The notes under the pieces are model-generated. The model ran no database searches and was not told the DNA's origin. It saw nothing but the letters and a program-made list of their open reading frames with translations. Of a stretch of DNA of 64,000 nucleotides, positions 8,224 through 18,065 are shown piece after piece; the first letter of the stretch is position 1; every line of letters starts with the position of its first letter. Made by a program: the position numbers and the translations under genes. This DNA comes from Candidatus Omnitrophota bacterium (GTDB lineage: Bacteria > Omnitrophota > Gorgyraeia > 2-01-FULL-45-10): NCBI GenBank assembly GCA_041650935.1, contig JBAZKH010000003.1:101269-165268 (forward strand), given 5' to 3'.

Positions 8224-8576
8224 TGGCTCCCCCGCGAGGACTCGAACCTCGGACACTCTGGTTACGATCTGACTCCGATTACTCGGAGAGTCGGACTATA
8301 CCATTACCATGGCCTTTTTTAGGCTTTAGGTAGCGAGTCTCTAGTCTCTGCACCTTCCTTACTTCGCTCGTAAGACGCCTGGATAAGAGTCGAGCTTCGT
8401 AAGGCTTGGCTCAGGATTGACCCTTCGGCGCGGCCAAATATCCAACAACGGCCTTGCTCAGGGCGTTCCCTGAATTTACTCGCTTTTCACCGCAACGTTT
8501 CCGTTGCGGGCTGCTAACTTTAGGCGCTTTGCGCCTCGTGCACAGCCAGATGCTCTACCGACTGAGCTACAGGGGA
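8224..8576 (-). tRNA. tRNA-Asn (anticodon GUU) interrupted by a group I intron. The exons are 8542-8576 and 8224-8264, giving a mature length of 76 nt with CCA encoded.
   Basis: The joined exons give UCCCCUGUAGCUCAGUCGGUAGAGCAUCUGGCUGU|UAACCAGAGUGUCCGAGGUUCGAGUCCUCGCGGGGGAGCCA. D-arm, T-arm (GGUUCGAGUCC) and the 7-bp acceptor stem all pair. The sequence is very close to E. coli tRNA-Asn, which also has U1-A72 and the loop CUGUUAA. Confidence 0.8.
8265..8541 (-). ncRNA. Group I intron (IC3-like, Azoarcus/Anabaena tRNA-intron type), 277 nt, inserted in the anticodon loop (inferred between positions 35 and 36)
   Basis: The intron contains AAGGUGCAGAGACUAGAGAC...ACCUAAAG...GGUAUAGUCC (P7 GACUA/UAGUC plus J8/7), GAGCCAAGCCUUACGAAGCU and UAAAUUCAGGGAA. 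All closely resemble the Azoarcus pre-tRNA-Ile intron core. It ends in G (omega G), and the preceding exon ends in U. Confidence 0.75.
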
Positions 8577-8635
8577 ACGATTTATACAAAGAGCTGGGGA
8601 AAGTGTAGCACAATCCGATATTTTTTTCAAATACT

Positions 8636-9751
8636 TTAGCCCTGCTCCAAAAGATAAGGCGCGGGACGACCCAGGAAGAAACCCTGGCCCGCCTTGACCC
8701 CGAGGCCGATCAACGTATCGAGCTCTTTTTCGGTCTCTATGCCTTCGGCGATGGTAATGATCTTATTCTGTTCGCAGAATGATAAGATGGCCTTTACCAG
8801 GTTCTGTTTTTTGACATTGGTATCTATATCGCGGAGCAGGGCGATGTCGATCTTGGCGTAACCCGGGTCTATCTCGGCGATGGAGTCGAGACTGGAATAG
8901 CCGCTGCCGACATCGTCGACGGCTATCCCGAAACCCTGCGAGTTGATCACGCGCAGCGTCCGGCAAAAGACCGCGAAATCCTTTATCTCCGCGCGCTCGG
9001 TGATCTCCAGGACGATCTGCGACGGCTTACCATAAAGAGCGGTGATCTCGCCGAACTGCCCGGATTCGATGATATAAGGGCTGCAATTAAAGAAAAATAG
9101 CTTCTTATCGATCTCCGCGCCTATCTTTTCCAGCGCTTTCCGGCGGTAAAGCATCTCCAGGTCCAAGAACATCCCGCAGTTTAAGGCGCTCTGGAACAAT
9201 TTTTCCGGGTTTTCCAGCCGGCTCCCTTCCGGGCCGCGCACCAGCACTTCGTAAGCGAATATCTCGCGAGGCCGCAGGTAACAGACGGGCTGGAAGAGCA
9301 CGGAGACCAGTCCATCCTGTATAATATGCTTCAACTCTTTGACAAGCGATAATTTCTCCCCGTCCATATCTTCGGAGAAGCCGCTCCGCCTCAACAAGGC
9401 TTCGATACGGGCAAAAAGCTCTTCCATGTCGGCGGATTTGTTTATATAATCGTCGGCGCCGATCTGCAAGCCCTCAACTTTGTCCCTGGACATATTCTTC
9501 GCGGTCAGCATGATTACGGGGATATTCCGCGTCGCGCCGTCCTGCCGTATCCGCCCGCATATCTCATACCCGCCCATAACGGGCATCATCACATCCAGCA
9601 GAATGAGATCCGGTTTCTCTTTCACCTTCTCCAGGGCCGCCGCGCCGTCATGGACCATCGTCACTTTATAACCCCGCAGCTGCAGGCGCATAGCCATCGT
9701 CTGCGCGAAGTCGACCTCGTCATCCACAAGTAAGATATGCTTTTTAACCAT
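8636..9751 (-). CDS. Response regulator with receiver plus EAL (c-di-GMP phosphodiesterase) domain
   Basis: Receiver: LLVDDE...DLILLDVMMP...MLTAK. EAL domain: EVLVRG, EITE, DDVGSGYSSL, EGIETE. The track start at 9871 overlaps the upstream kinase, so the start was chosen at the MVKKHILLVDDE Met (9749-9751). Confidence 0.85.
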   Translation of the reverse strand: MVKKHILLVDDEVDFAQTMAMRLQLRGYKVTMVHDGAAALEKVKEKPDLILLDVMMPVMGGYEICGRIRQDGATRNIPVIMLTAKNMSRDKVEGLQIGADDYINKSADMEELFARIEALLRRSGFSEDMDGEKLSLVKELKHIIQDGLVSVLFQPVCYLRPREIFAYEVLVRGPEGSRLENPEKLFQSALNCGMFLDLEMLYRRKALEKIGAEIDKKLFFFNCSPYIIESGQFGEITALYGKPSQIVLEITERAEIKDFAVFCRTLRVINSQGFGIAVDDVGSGYSSLDSIAEIDPGYAKIDIALLRDIDTNVKKQNLVKAILSFCEQNKIITIAEGIETEKELDTLIGLGVKAGQGFFLGRPAPYLLEQG

Positions 9752-9767
9752 AGGATTATTTTTAAGT

Positions 9768-11204
9768 TTAAGGCGGGCTAATGGGTAATGTGAAACTGAA
9801 CTTCGCGCCGCCGTCTTTACCGCTTTCCGCCCAGATCTTTCCTTTGTGCAGAAGAATGATCTCCCTGGCAATGGACAATCCCAGCCCGGTCCCGCTTATA
9901 TCCGTATGCGCCCTCTCCCCTTTTACCTGGTAGAATTTATCGAAAATTTTTCCAAGGTCTTTTTCGTCTATCCCGGCGCCGGTGTCGGATACGCTCACGA
10001 TAAGATTCTTACCGTCATTATCGAAACCTGCCTCGATAGTTATAACGCCCTGCCGCGGAGTAAACTTTATTGCGTTGCCGATAATATTATTTATGACCTG
10101 GATCATCCTGTTATAATCCAGGTTTATGTCCGGCATATCCCGGTGAATCCTCTTCTCTATCCTGATAGCCTTGGCTATCGCCCAGGCGCTCAGGCCGTCG
10201 CAGGCATCGTTTACCAGTTTTTCGACGGAATACCGCGCAACCTGCAGCTCCAATTTGGATGCCTCGAGCTTCGCCTCGTCGAGTAAGTCGTTGACTAATA
10301 GAGAGAGCCTTTGAAGGCTGCGTTTGGCTATGCTCAGAAAATTTTCCTGCTCCTTGGTAATATCGCCGAGCGATCCTCCCAATAGCAGCGCCACGGCATT
10401 TTGGACGGTTATAATGGGCGTGCGCAGTTCATGCGAGACCTTGGACACAAAATCCGACTTGAGCTGGTCGAGCTCCTTCTGTTTCGTCACATCGCTTAAG
10501 ACGGAGACCATGCCGACCGTCTGCCCGTTCTCGTTTTCTATGATCGCGCTGCTCGACCTCAGTATCCGCTTGGTCTCGTCTTCCGGGCTCGTTATCTCTA
10601 TCTCCGAATTCTCTTCGCCGGCAGGATTCGTAGACATGGAAATCAGGTGCTCTTTCTTGAGGTTCTCCAGGATAGGCTTACCGACTTTGTCCTTCTGCAA
10701 AACACCGAGGAGCTTTTCCGCAGTAGGGTTCATCATGATGACGTTGCCTGCGGCATCGACCACAACGAGGCCCTGGGCGATACTGCGTATGACCGCTTCC
10801 GTCTCTTTTTTGGCGACGAGCACATTATTATACTTCTGCCACGCGGCCTGCTCGCTCCGCTCTTTCTGCCGGATGACAACGTTATACTGGTCCGCCAGTT
10901 CCCGCCCTTTTAACTCCACCCTCTTCTGTGTCTCGTTAATGAAAATTCTCGATATCGTCTCGGCCATCGCCTTGCCGCGCGGCTCGGCGCCCAGCGTCTT
11001 CTCTATGGTCGCAAAGATCGTATCCTTCATCTCTTTATCGGTAATAACTTCACCGGCAGGAGTAGCGCCGTCGCGGAGACTTTCGGTATTGGCTGCCCCG
11101 GCCTGGAACGACATGCGTGATAAATAGTTCGATAATATAACAACGGCAACCGCGAGTGCCGCTATTCCCAAAAATATCAGCGGAGCATAAAAGATAAATG
11201 ACAT
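9768..11204 (-). CDS. Membrane sensor histidine kinase (PAS domain, HisKA, HATPase_c)
   Basis: N-terminal TM segment, a PAS-like region, H-box SHELRTP and G-boxes DTGAGI...GTGLGLSIA. It lies immediately upstream of the EAL response regulator. Confidence 0.85.
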   Translation of the reverse strand: MSFIFYAPLIFLGIAALAVAVVILSNYLSRMSFQAGAANTESLRDGATPAGEVITDKEMKDTIFATIEKTLGAEPRGKAMAETISRIFINETQKRVELKGRELADQYNVVIRQKERSEQAAWQKYNNVLVAKKETEAVIRSIAQGLVVVDAAGNVIMMNPTAEKLLGVLQKDKVGKPILENLKKEHLISMSTNPAGEENSEIEITSPEDETKRILRSSSAIIENENGQTVGMVSVLSDVTKQKELDQLKSDFVSKVSHELRTPIITVQNAVALLLGGSLGDITKEQENFLSIAKRSLQRLSLLVNDLLDEAKLEASKLELQVARYSVEKLVNDACDGLSAWAIAKAIRIEKRIHRDMPDINLDYNRMIQVINNIIGNAIKFTPRQGVITIEAGFDNDGKNLIVSVSDTGAGIDEKDLGKIFDKFYQVKGERAHTDISGTGLGLSIAREIILLHKGKIWAESGKDGGAKFSFTLPISPP

Positions 11205-11264
11205 TCCTGCCTCCTGGTATGTCTTACAGGATAAAGCTTAACATAAAAAAATTACATGCGCAAG

Positions 11265-12917
11265 CTATCCGGACCCGCACTTTTTGAGATTCCGGATAGC
11301 GTCGTCATAAAAAGGATATATCGTAACCGCCCTTTTGAAATAGCGCCTTGCGCCGGCGATATCCCCGCGCATCGCCATCATGGCTCCTATATTGTTTGCT
11401 GCCCGGAAATATTCCGGATCGAGGCGAAGAGCCTTGCGATACGCCGTCTCCGCCTTCGGGCGGTCTTTCATGTCGAGATAGATATCCCCGAGCGCCTTAT
11501 AGCCCTCCGCATCGTCAGGGTATAGGCAGATGTACTCTTTGATTTCGGCAAGCGCTCTATGCGGCTCCGATCTTTTTAGATAAACCTCCGCCAGGCTTAG
11601 ATGTGTCCGAGAATATTCCCTGGGCTTGACACCGGCCATATCGATATTCACGAGGCCGCAGCAAATTAGCAGTATGCAAACGGCATAGACAAGGCCTCTT
11701 CTGTCCGCCGAGGCTATCCGCTTCCATATATCATCGAGCGCAAATACGGCGAATAACAGGAGCATTACTGCAAGAAATAACCTGTGGCGCGAACTTGTCT
11801 GGAAAGGAACGAGCGTCAGGAACGTAGCTATCAAGAATAGATAGTGCAACGCAAGTTCCCGCCGCCGCTTAAACATAAGTACCGCGCCGCACAGTCCCAG
11901 CGGCCCTATGAGCCAGAAACCCGGAAGACTGAATATGAGCGGCGAAAAATTCCTGTTATACAATATCTCTTTATCCGCGCATATCTCGACGCTCGATAAG
12001 ATCGATAAGGCATTCGTAAAAATGTGTTTAATAAAAAGTACGGGTTCCTGCGAGATCATCAACATGGCCTTCGCTATCCAGAACCTGCCCTGGCCATTCC
12101 CGCTGAGCACATTTGCGCGGATCGGCTCAAGCATCCACTTATCCCAGACGAGCCCTGCCCTCACGCCATACATCGTATCAAGATGCGGGTTAAGGCCCAG
12201 GAAGAGATTAAGCCCGCCGTGCGCCTGCAATAATACAAATTCGCCGCTCACCAGATAATGGCGCAAGGTTATCGGCGCAATAATAACGGCCGCCCCCGAT
12301 ATTAAAATAAGCGCATTCTTCACAAAAGACCCCCGGCGCGATATCATAAATATCCACACCAGAATAAAAGGGACGATCAGCGCTATATTGGGCCTTGCGG
12401 CGGCAGAGAGTCCGATAAATAATCCGGCGAGAAAGGTTATCGCCGGACGCTTGTCGTCCGCCGCCCTCCACAAAAGCAGAAAAGCCGCCAGGCTGAGGAA
12501 TATAGCAAGCGTCTCCGTCACAAGTTCGCACGACCAGTAGATAAGCGGCCAGTAAAAAGCCGCGGCAAGGCCCGCTATTATGCCGGCCACCCGCCCGCAC
12601 GATTTCCGGGAGATATGAGCTATAAGGACACAGGCCAGGGATGATACCACAACGCCAAAAAGACGTCCTATATAGTAGCCGCCGCCGAATATCTTATACA
12701 GGAAGGCAAGCAGATACGGATATAGCGGACCATGGTACGGGACACCGCTCCACAACAATCTTCCGGAGAGTATCTCCTTCGCCCACCTGTCGTATTCGAA
12801 TTCGTCGGCAATAAAGAATCCGAAGAGCGGACTCTGCGTAAGTTGATTGAGATAGATCAGCCTGATGACAAACGCGAGAAAAAATATTATGAGGTATGTG
12901 CGCCGTGTATTGGCCAT
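11265..12917 (-). CDS. GT-C fold glycosyltransferase family 39 (ArnT/PMT-like) fused to C-terminal TPR repeats
   Basis: 550 aa with about 11 TM helices and the typical N-terminal DEFEY-type loop (FIADEFEYDRWAKE). The C-terminal ~120 aa are TPR-like (AEGYKALGDIYLDMKDRPKAETAYRKALRLDPEY...). Confidence 0.75.
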   Translation of the reverse strand: MANTRRTYLIIFFLAFVIRLIYLNQLTQSPLFGFFIADEFEYDRWAKEILSGRLLWSGVPYHGPLYPYLLAFLYKIFGGGYYIGRLFGVVVSSLACVLIAHISRKSCGRVAGIIAGLAAAFYWPLIYWSCELVTETLAIFLSLAAFLLLWRAADDKRPAITFLAGLFIGLSAAARPNIALIVPFILVWIFMISRRGSFVKNALILISGAAVIIAPITLRHYLVSGEFVLLQAHGGLNLFLGLNPHLDTMYGVRAGLVWDKWMLEPIRANVLSGNGQGRFWIAKAMLMISQEPVLFIKHIFTNALSILSSVEICADKEILYNRNFSPLIFSLPGFWLIGPLGLCGAVLMFKRRRELALHYLFLIATFLTLVPFQTSSRHRLFLAVMLLLFAVFALDDIWKRIASADRRGLVYAVCILLICCGLVNIDMAGVKPREYSRTHLSLAEVYLKRSEPHRALAEIKEYICLYPDDAEGYKALGDIYLDMKDRPKAETAYRKALRLDPEYFRAANNIGAMMAMRGDIAGARRYFKRAVTIYPFYDDAIRNLKKCGSG

Positions 12918-12980
12918 AGGAAGACATTTTATCAGATTCCGCGCTAAATCGGAAGTTTTCCATGATATACTTATCGCATA

Positions 12981-13409
12981 ATGAAAAATCGCATTACGAA
13001 AGAGGATATAGCGCTGGCGTCCCTTCTCCTTATCGCCTTCATAATAAACATGTCACTGCTCGCGCAAGCGCTTAGATCGATCACCGAGATAGACAAGGTG
13101 GATTGGATCACCGCTTATGAAAACCGGTTCGACGGCCTTAAAAAAACTCTGCCGGGATATGGCACGGTCGGCTATGTAACGAATAACCAGGCGGAAGATA
13201 TTCGCTACATCTTCGAAGAGTCCAAGAGATATTACCTGGCACAGTATGCGCTCGCACCGATTGTGCTCGAATACGGCGGTAGAAAAGGACCTGTCGTGGG
13301 TAATTTCAAGGATCCGGCCGATGGGCGGGACGCGCTTAAGAAGATTGGATTGCCTTTAGTGCGCGACTTTGGAAACGGCGTCGTACTGCTGGAGGAGGCA
13401 AAGCGATAA
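12981..13409 (+). CDS. Membrane-anchored hypothetical protein
   Basis: 142 aa with a single N-terminal TM segment. Its stop overlaps the start of the next gene (TAATG), indicating translational coupling. Confidence 0.5.
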   Translation: MKNRITKEDIALASLLLIAFIINMSLLAQALRSITEIDKVDWITAYENRFDGLKKTLPGYGTVGYVTNNQAEDIRYIFEESKRYYLAQYALAPIVLEYGGRKGPVVGNFKDPADGRDALKKIGLPLVRDFGNGVVLLEEAKR

Positions 13410-14800
13410 TGCTCCCTATCTTATTTTCTATCCTCGTCCCGGCATCGATAGGCTTCTTCTTCGTATCTATCGTCTTAAAAGACAGCAAAATACTCTCCCG
13501 TAATAACCTGTTCAAAGTATGCCTGGGGACCGGGATCGGTTTCGGCATCACCTCATATTTATTCTTTATATGGTGCGTGATATTCGGCCCGGCATGTAGA
13601 GGTTACTTTATAATAGAGGCGCTCCTCCTGGCGTCTCTTATAATAATACACTGCTCCACGAGCCGGAAAGGTCTGCCAGGCGCCGGTGGAAAACACGACG
13701 CTCCCGGAAAAAGGAATATTCTGCATAAATTACTCGAACCCTGTTTCTATCTTTCGGCAATAGGCGCGGCCGTAACGCTATCTATCTTGTCGCTCCTCAA
13801 CCCGCACGGATCCTGGGACGCGTGGATGACCTGGAACCTGCACGCAAAGTTCATCTTCCTGGGCGGGGAGCACTGGAAAGGCATATTCGCGCCGGCACTT
13901 GCCTGGTCGCATCCCGATTATCCTTTTCTGATCCCGGCAGCTATCGCCCGGTGCTGGATATTCATAGGCCGCGGCACGACGGTGATACCGGCAACGGTAT
14001 CGATCCTATTCACTCTCGCAACCGCCGGAACTTTAACCGCCGCCTTGATCATCATGCGCGGGCGGAGCCAGGGGTTCCTGGCGGGGATGGTACTACTCGC
14101 CACCCCGTTTTTTATAACGCAGGGCGCCGCCCAATACGCGGATATCCCCGCGGCTTTCTTTTATCTGGCAACGGTCGTGCTATTATGCCTTTGGGATAAC
14201 TCGGCGCCGGCAGCTAACGGACTGCCGCTCCTTGCCGGGTTAACGGCGGGATTTTCGGGATGGACAAAGAATGAAGGACTGCTCTTCCTGACAGCCATAA
14301 TAGTTGCCCGCGCCTTCGCCCGGATAATAATAAGGCGGGAGCGTAAAAGCTATCTTAAGGAGACATTATACTTTTTCGCCGGAGCCATACCTATACTACT
14401 GCTCATAATATACTTTAAAAGCGCGCTGGCAACGCATAGCGATCTCCTATCAGACCGGACGATCGGTTTGGCCGTAAAAAATCTGGCGGATCTGCCAAAA
14501 TGCCGTTTGATCTTATCCGAATTTTTCAATACGGCCATGAATTTCGGCCAATGGCGCGGTCCGTTCATGCCGCTATTATTCTTTTGCGCCCTCCTTTTCG
14601 GAATAAAGGTGCGGGTAAAAGAGAGGCCCGTCTTCGCCGCTATCCTGGCCGCCGCATTCATGATGCTGGCGGGCTACTTCTTCATATTCCTGACCACTCC
14701 ATATGGCGTCGAATGGCATATGGGCACCGCGCTTGACCGGCTCTTCCTGCAACTATGGCCCTGCATAGTATTTATATATTTCCTGGCAACTCTTGCATAA
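13409..14800 (+). CDS. Polytopic membrane protein, possibly GT-C-like glycosyltransferase/glycan-processing protein
   Basis: 463 aa with at least 10 hydrophobic helices. It is divergent from the GT39 gene. Confidence 0.5.
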   Translation: MLPILFSILVPASIGFFFVSIVLKDSKILSRNNLFKVCLGTGIGFGITSYLFFIWCVIFGPACRGYFIIEALLLASLIIIHCSTSRKGLPGAGGKHDAPGKRNILHKLLEPCFYLSAIGAAVTLSILSLLNPHGSWDAWMTWNLHAKFIFLGGEHWKGIFAPALAWSHPDYPFLIPAAIARCWIFIGRGTTVIPATVSILFTLATAGTLTAALIIMRGRSQGFLAGMVLLATPFFITQGAAQYADIPAAFFYLATVVLLCLWDNSAPAANGLPLLAGLTAGFSGWTKNEGLLFLTAIIVARAFARIIIRRERKSYLKETLYFFAGAIPILLLIIYFKSALATHSDLLSDRTIGLAVKNLADLPKCRLILSEFFNTAMNFGQWRGPFMPLLFFCALLFGIKVRVKERPVFAAILAAAFMMLAGYFFIFLTTPYGVEWHMGTALDRLFLQLWPCIVFIYFLATLA

Positions 14801-14826
14801 CACGGCTTATATGTTATACTAATGGC

Positions 14827-15156
14827 ATGCGCGGAAGAGAAAAGATTATTATAGTAATACTTTGTATTTTTTGTCTTGCAGGATGCGCCCAGTCGATGAA
14901 ACAACGCGCCAACATGATCAACGCCATGAACGGTAAATTCGGCCATGTTAATTACACCAGGACATATATCTTTTCGACGTTCGGCCGGCCCAATTCGAAG
15001 ACCGTGTCGGTCACAGACGGCGTAACCACGGAAGTTTGGGTTTATAAGACACGGATGGCCGACAAGGATACTATCTTTGTCAAGCGGTCCGCAAAAGAAA
15101 GATGCATGAAGATAACGATGACTAACACCATAGTCACGAATGTCTCTTATGAATGA
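14827..15156 (+). CDS. Lipoprotein (lipobox LAGC)
   Basis: MRGREKIIIVILCIFCLAGCAQS is a classic signal peptidase II lipobox. The track ORF starts earlier (14755), but the internal Met fits better. Confidence 0.55.
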   Translation: MRGREKIIIVILCIFCLAGCAQSMKQRANMINAMNGKFGHVNYTRTYIFSTFGRPNSKTVSVTDGVTTEVWVYKTRMADKDTIFVKRSAKERCMKITMTNTIVTNVSYE

Positions 15157-15165
15157 GGAGTAGCT

Positions 15166-16239
15166 ATGAACTTTAAAGACGTTTTCGAGATAATGATAGC
15201 CAGGAAAGCCTCCGATGCTTTCATAGTGCCCGGCGGCCCGTTACGCGCCAGGATATATTCGGAGGTGCAAACTATCGGAGACTATATATTCACCCCGAAA
15301 GACATAGAAAAGTATGTCTCCGAAATAACAGATACTGCGGAAAGGGAAATACTGAAAGAGACCAAAAGTTGCGAACTGGGCGTTAATCACGACAACCGCT
15401 GGAGGTTCCGCATAGGCGTATTTTACCAGAGGGACGTTATTTCGATAGTCTTGAGAAAGATCGACCTTGATATATTGAACTTCGAGGAATTAAACCTGCC
15501 CGTTCACGCATTTCAAAAGCTGTGCCAGGAGCGCCGCGGCCTTATCCTGCTTACGGGGCTGACCGGAAGCGGCAAATCCACGGCTATCGCCTCCATGATC
15601 GAGCATATCAATAAGAACTACGGGCGGCACATAATGACCATCGAGGAACCGATAGAGTTCACGTTCACCGACAAAAAATCGATAATAAACCAGCGGGAAA
15701 TAAACAGGGACGTCCGCACATACCAGAAGGCCCTGAAAGAGACGGCAATGCACTCGCCCGACGTCCTCTATATAGGCAATATCAGGGACCGCGAAACATG
15801 TTACGCGGCTCTAAGCGCCGCCGAAACCGGCGTGCTCGTATTCTCGACGATCCACACCATCAATGCCCCTTCCGCGATCGAGCGCATAGTAAACTTCTTC
15901 CCGCCGGAGCAGCAGCATCTCATATTCAACCAGCTTTCTTTCTTTTTGAAGGCCGTCGTTTCCCTGCGCCTCCTCCCCCGCGCCGATGCCGAAGGTCTGA
16001 TACCGGCCTATGAAATAATGACGCTATCCTCTACCGTTTCGGCCCTTATAAAAGAACATAAAATATGGGACATACCTCAATATATGGAATCGGGCGAGAT
16101 CTACGACATGATGACCTTCAACCAGTGCCTCTGGAGCCTTATCAAGAAAAAACACATTACGACCGAAACCGCCCTGCAATATTCGGATGAAAAGGCAAAT
16201 CTGTCATTAATAATGAGGAAGGAAAGCTACGCTAAATAG
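15166..16239 (+). CDS. pilT: Type IV pilus retraction ATPase PilT/PilU family
   Basis: 357 aa. Walker A LTGLTGSGKSTAIASMIEHIN, Asp box, His box (IGNIRDRET) and Walker B (VLVFSTIHT). Confidence 0.85.
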   Translation: MNFKDVFEIMIARKASDAFIVPGGPLRARIYSEVQTIGDYIFTPKDIEKYVSEITDTAEREILKETKSCELGVNHDNRWRFRIGVFYQRDVISIVLRKIDLDILNFEELNLPVHAFQKLCQERRGLILLTGLTGSGKSTAIASMIEHINKNYGRHIMTIEEPIEFTFTDKKSIINQREINRDVRTYQKALKETAMHSPDVLYIGNIRDRETCYAALSAAETGVLVFSTIHTINAPSAIERIVNFFPPEQQHLIFNQLSFFLKAVVSLRLLPRADAEGLIPAYEIMTLSSTVSALIKEHKIWDIPQYMESGEIYDMMTFNQCLWSLIKKKHITTETALQYSDEKANLSLIMRKESYAK

Positions 16240-16290
16240 TGAAGCTCCACCGCCTTACAGCGGTGACTTCATGGGTAAATTAAGGGGGTA
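16238..16290 (+). repeat. 50-nt post-stop-codon repeat (copy 1) between pilT and the PilZ gene. It contains the hairpin CACCGCcttacaGCGGTG nested in TGAAG/CTTCA.
   Basis: TAGTGAAGCTCCACCGCCTTACAGCGGTGACTTCATGGGTAAATTAA. It overlaps the pilT stop codon. See copy 2 at 36715-36768. Confidence 0.65.
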
Positions 16291-16295
16291 TTACG

Positions 16296-16679
16296 ATGTC
16301 GAACGATTACGCGGGAAAAGATAAGAGAGAATTTTTCAGATACAGGCACGAAGGGCCGGCTCTTTTTAAAGAGGTATCGAAAAGCAATAATACCGTCTCT
16401 GATACCGCCCAGGCAATCACCAGAAACCTTAGCGCCTCCGGGATGCTCTTCACAAGCCAATACCCGCCGAGGCTCTCGAGCATAATAATCCTGGAGATCG
16501 ATTACAGGACGACGAGACTATGCGAAGAGATAGAGAACCGCGCCCTCATACTGAACAACAAACTGCTCGGCAAAGTGGTGCGTATCGAAGATAACGACAA
16601 TGGTTCTTACGATATCGGCATCGCCTTCGTGAAAAAATCGGAGAGCCTGCCGCAGGATGTCTTGACGCTCATAAAATAA
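16296..16679 (+). CDS. PilZ domain protein (c-di-GMP receptor)
   Basis: KREFFRYRHE (RxxxR) followed by NLSASGMLF (D/NxSxxG) are the two c-di-GMP-binding motifs of PilZ. Confidence 0.75.
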   Translation: MSNDYAGKDKREFFRYRHEGPALFKEVSKSNNTVSDTAQAITRNLSASGMLFTSQYPPRLSSIIILEIDYRTTRLCEEIENRALILNNKLLGKVVRIEDNDNGSYDIGIAFVKKSESLPQDVLTLIK

Positions 16680-16688
16680 AAAGGTGAG

Positions 16689-18065
16689 GTGCGCATGACA
16701 AAGTTATTCATCTATATTACCGCGGCGATAGCGGCGCTGGCAGGTCTTCTCTTCGGATATGATACCGGTGTAATATCGGGCGCTATACTATTCATAAAGG
16801 ACCAGTTCGCTTTAAGTTCCCGCTCCATAGAAAACGTCGTCAGCGCCGTGCTTCTTGGCGCCGTGATCGGCGCCGCGTTAAGCGGCGCCCTGGCCGACCG
16901 GTTCGGGCGGCGCAAGGTCATAATAGTCACCGCCATCCTATTCGCGGCGGGCGCAATCGGCGCCAGCTTCGCTATAAACGTAGCCATGATCATAACCTTC
17001 AGGCTCATCATCGGAATAGCGATAGGCGTCGCTTCATATACCGCCCCTCTATACATCTCTGAAATATCGCCGCCGCAGGCAAGGGGCGCGCTCGTATCTT
17101 TGAACCAGCTTATGATAACCTGCGGCATAGTCGTCTCTTATCTTGTCGATTACATCTTATCCGTGGGACAATCGGAATGGCGGTGGATGTTCGGCCTGGG
17201 AGCGGTCCCGGCAGTCATCCTCATTATAGGAATGATCGCCCTCTCCGAGAGCCCGCGCTGGCTCGTAAGTAAAAATCGCGACGAAGAGGCGCGGGCGGTG
17301 CTTTCACACGTTATGCCGGCCAAAGAGATCGACACGGAGATACAGGCTATACGCAGTTCGCTCACAGTCAAACAGGGAGGCTGGAAGGAGCTTATGGCGC
17401 CGTGGGTAAGGCCGGCGCTGGGCGTCGGTATAATCCTTGCCTTCCTCCAGCAGTTCACAGGGATAAATACTATAATCTATTATGCTCCTACCATATTCGA
17501 ATTCGCCGGGTTCGAGTCGCATAAAATTTCGATACTAGCCACTGTAGGCGTAGGCGTAGTAAACGTCCTCATGACGCTTGTCGCAATATGGTTCTTAGAC
17601 CGCCTCGGCAGGAAACCCCTGTTATACATAGGGATGGCCGGCATGACAATATCGCTCGGTATACTGGGATTTGCTTTTCACTGTTCCAACCTGGGCGGCG
17701 GTCTTAAATTAATATCCGTTTTGAGCGTCGTCGCCTATATCGCGTCATTCGCCATAAGCCTGGGGCCCATCTTCTGGCTCATGATATCCGAAATCTACCC
17801 GCTGGAGATAAGAGGGCGCGCAATGAGCCTTGCGACCGTAGCAAATTGGGGATGCAACATGGTCGTTGCCGCGACGTTCCTCACCCTTACGGAGAAACTC
17901 GGTAAATCGGGTGCATTCTGGTTCTACGGCGCTGTCTCGGCCATCGGTATAATATATTGCTACTTTTATGTTCCCGAGACGAAAGGGCACACCCTGGAAG
18001 AGATAGAAGCCCATCTGCGTTCTAGAAAGAAACTGGCCCTGCTTGGGCGCAAAGGGAGAGCCTAA
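16689..18065 (+). CDS. MFS sugar porter family transporter (sugar:H+ symporter)
   Basis: 458 aa with 12 TM helices. Motifs GRRK, PESPRWL, PETKG and GYDTGVISGA. Confidence 0.85.
   Translation: MRMTKLFIYITAAIAALAGLLFGYDTGVISGAILFIKDQFALSSRSIENVVSAVLLGAVIGAALSGALADRFGRRKVIIVTAILFAAGAIGASFAINVAMIITFRLIIGIAIGVASYTAPLYISEISPPQARGALVSLNQLMITCGIVVSYLVDYILSVGQSEWRWMFGLGAVPAVILIIGMIALSESPRWLVSKNRDEEARAVLSHVMPAKEIDTEIQAIRSSLTVKQGGWKELMAPWVRPALGVGIILAFLQQFTGINTIIYYAPTIFEFAGFESHKISILATVGVGVVNVLMTLVAIWFLDRLGRKPLLYIGMAGMTISLGILGFAFHCSNLGGGLKLISVLSVVAYIASFAISLGPIFWLMISEIYPLEIRGRAMSLATVANWGCNMVVAATFLTLTEKLGKSGAFWFYGAVSAIGIIYCYFYVPETKGHTLEEIEAHLRSRKKLALLGRKGRA

Noticed and set aside
8454-8639. 61-aa plus-strand ORF
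   Set aside because: It lies entirely inside the tRNA-Asn group I intron on the opposite strand and has no RBS or protein features.
10324-11127. 267-aa plus-strand ORF, and other long antisense ORFs (e.g. 38636..39457 minus, 48363..48965 plus, 49774..50451 plus, 61148..61738 plus, 27428..28111 plus)
   Set aside because: Each is fully embedded antisense to a well-supported gene (histidine kinase, cstA, GH57, phoR, dnaX). Their translations are low-complexity and Ser/Arg/Pro-rich, typical of antisense reading frames.
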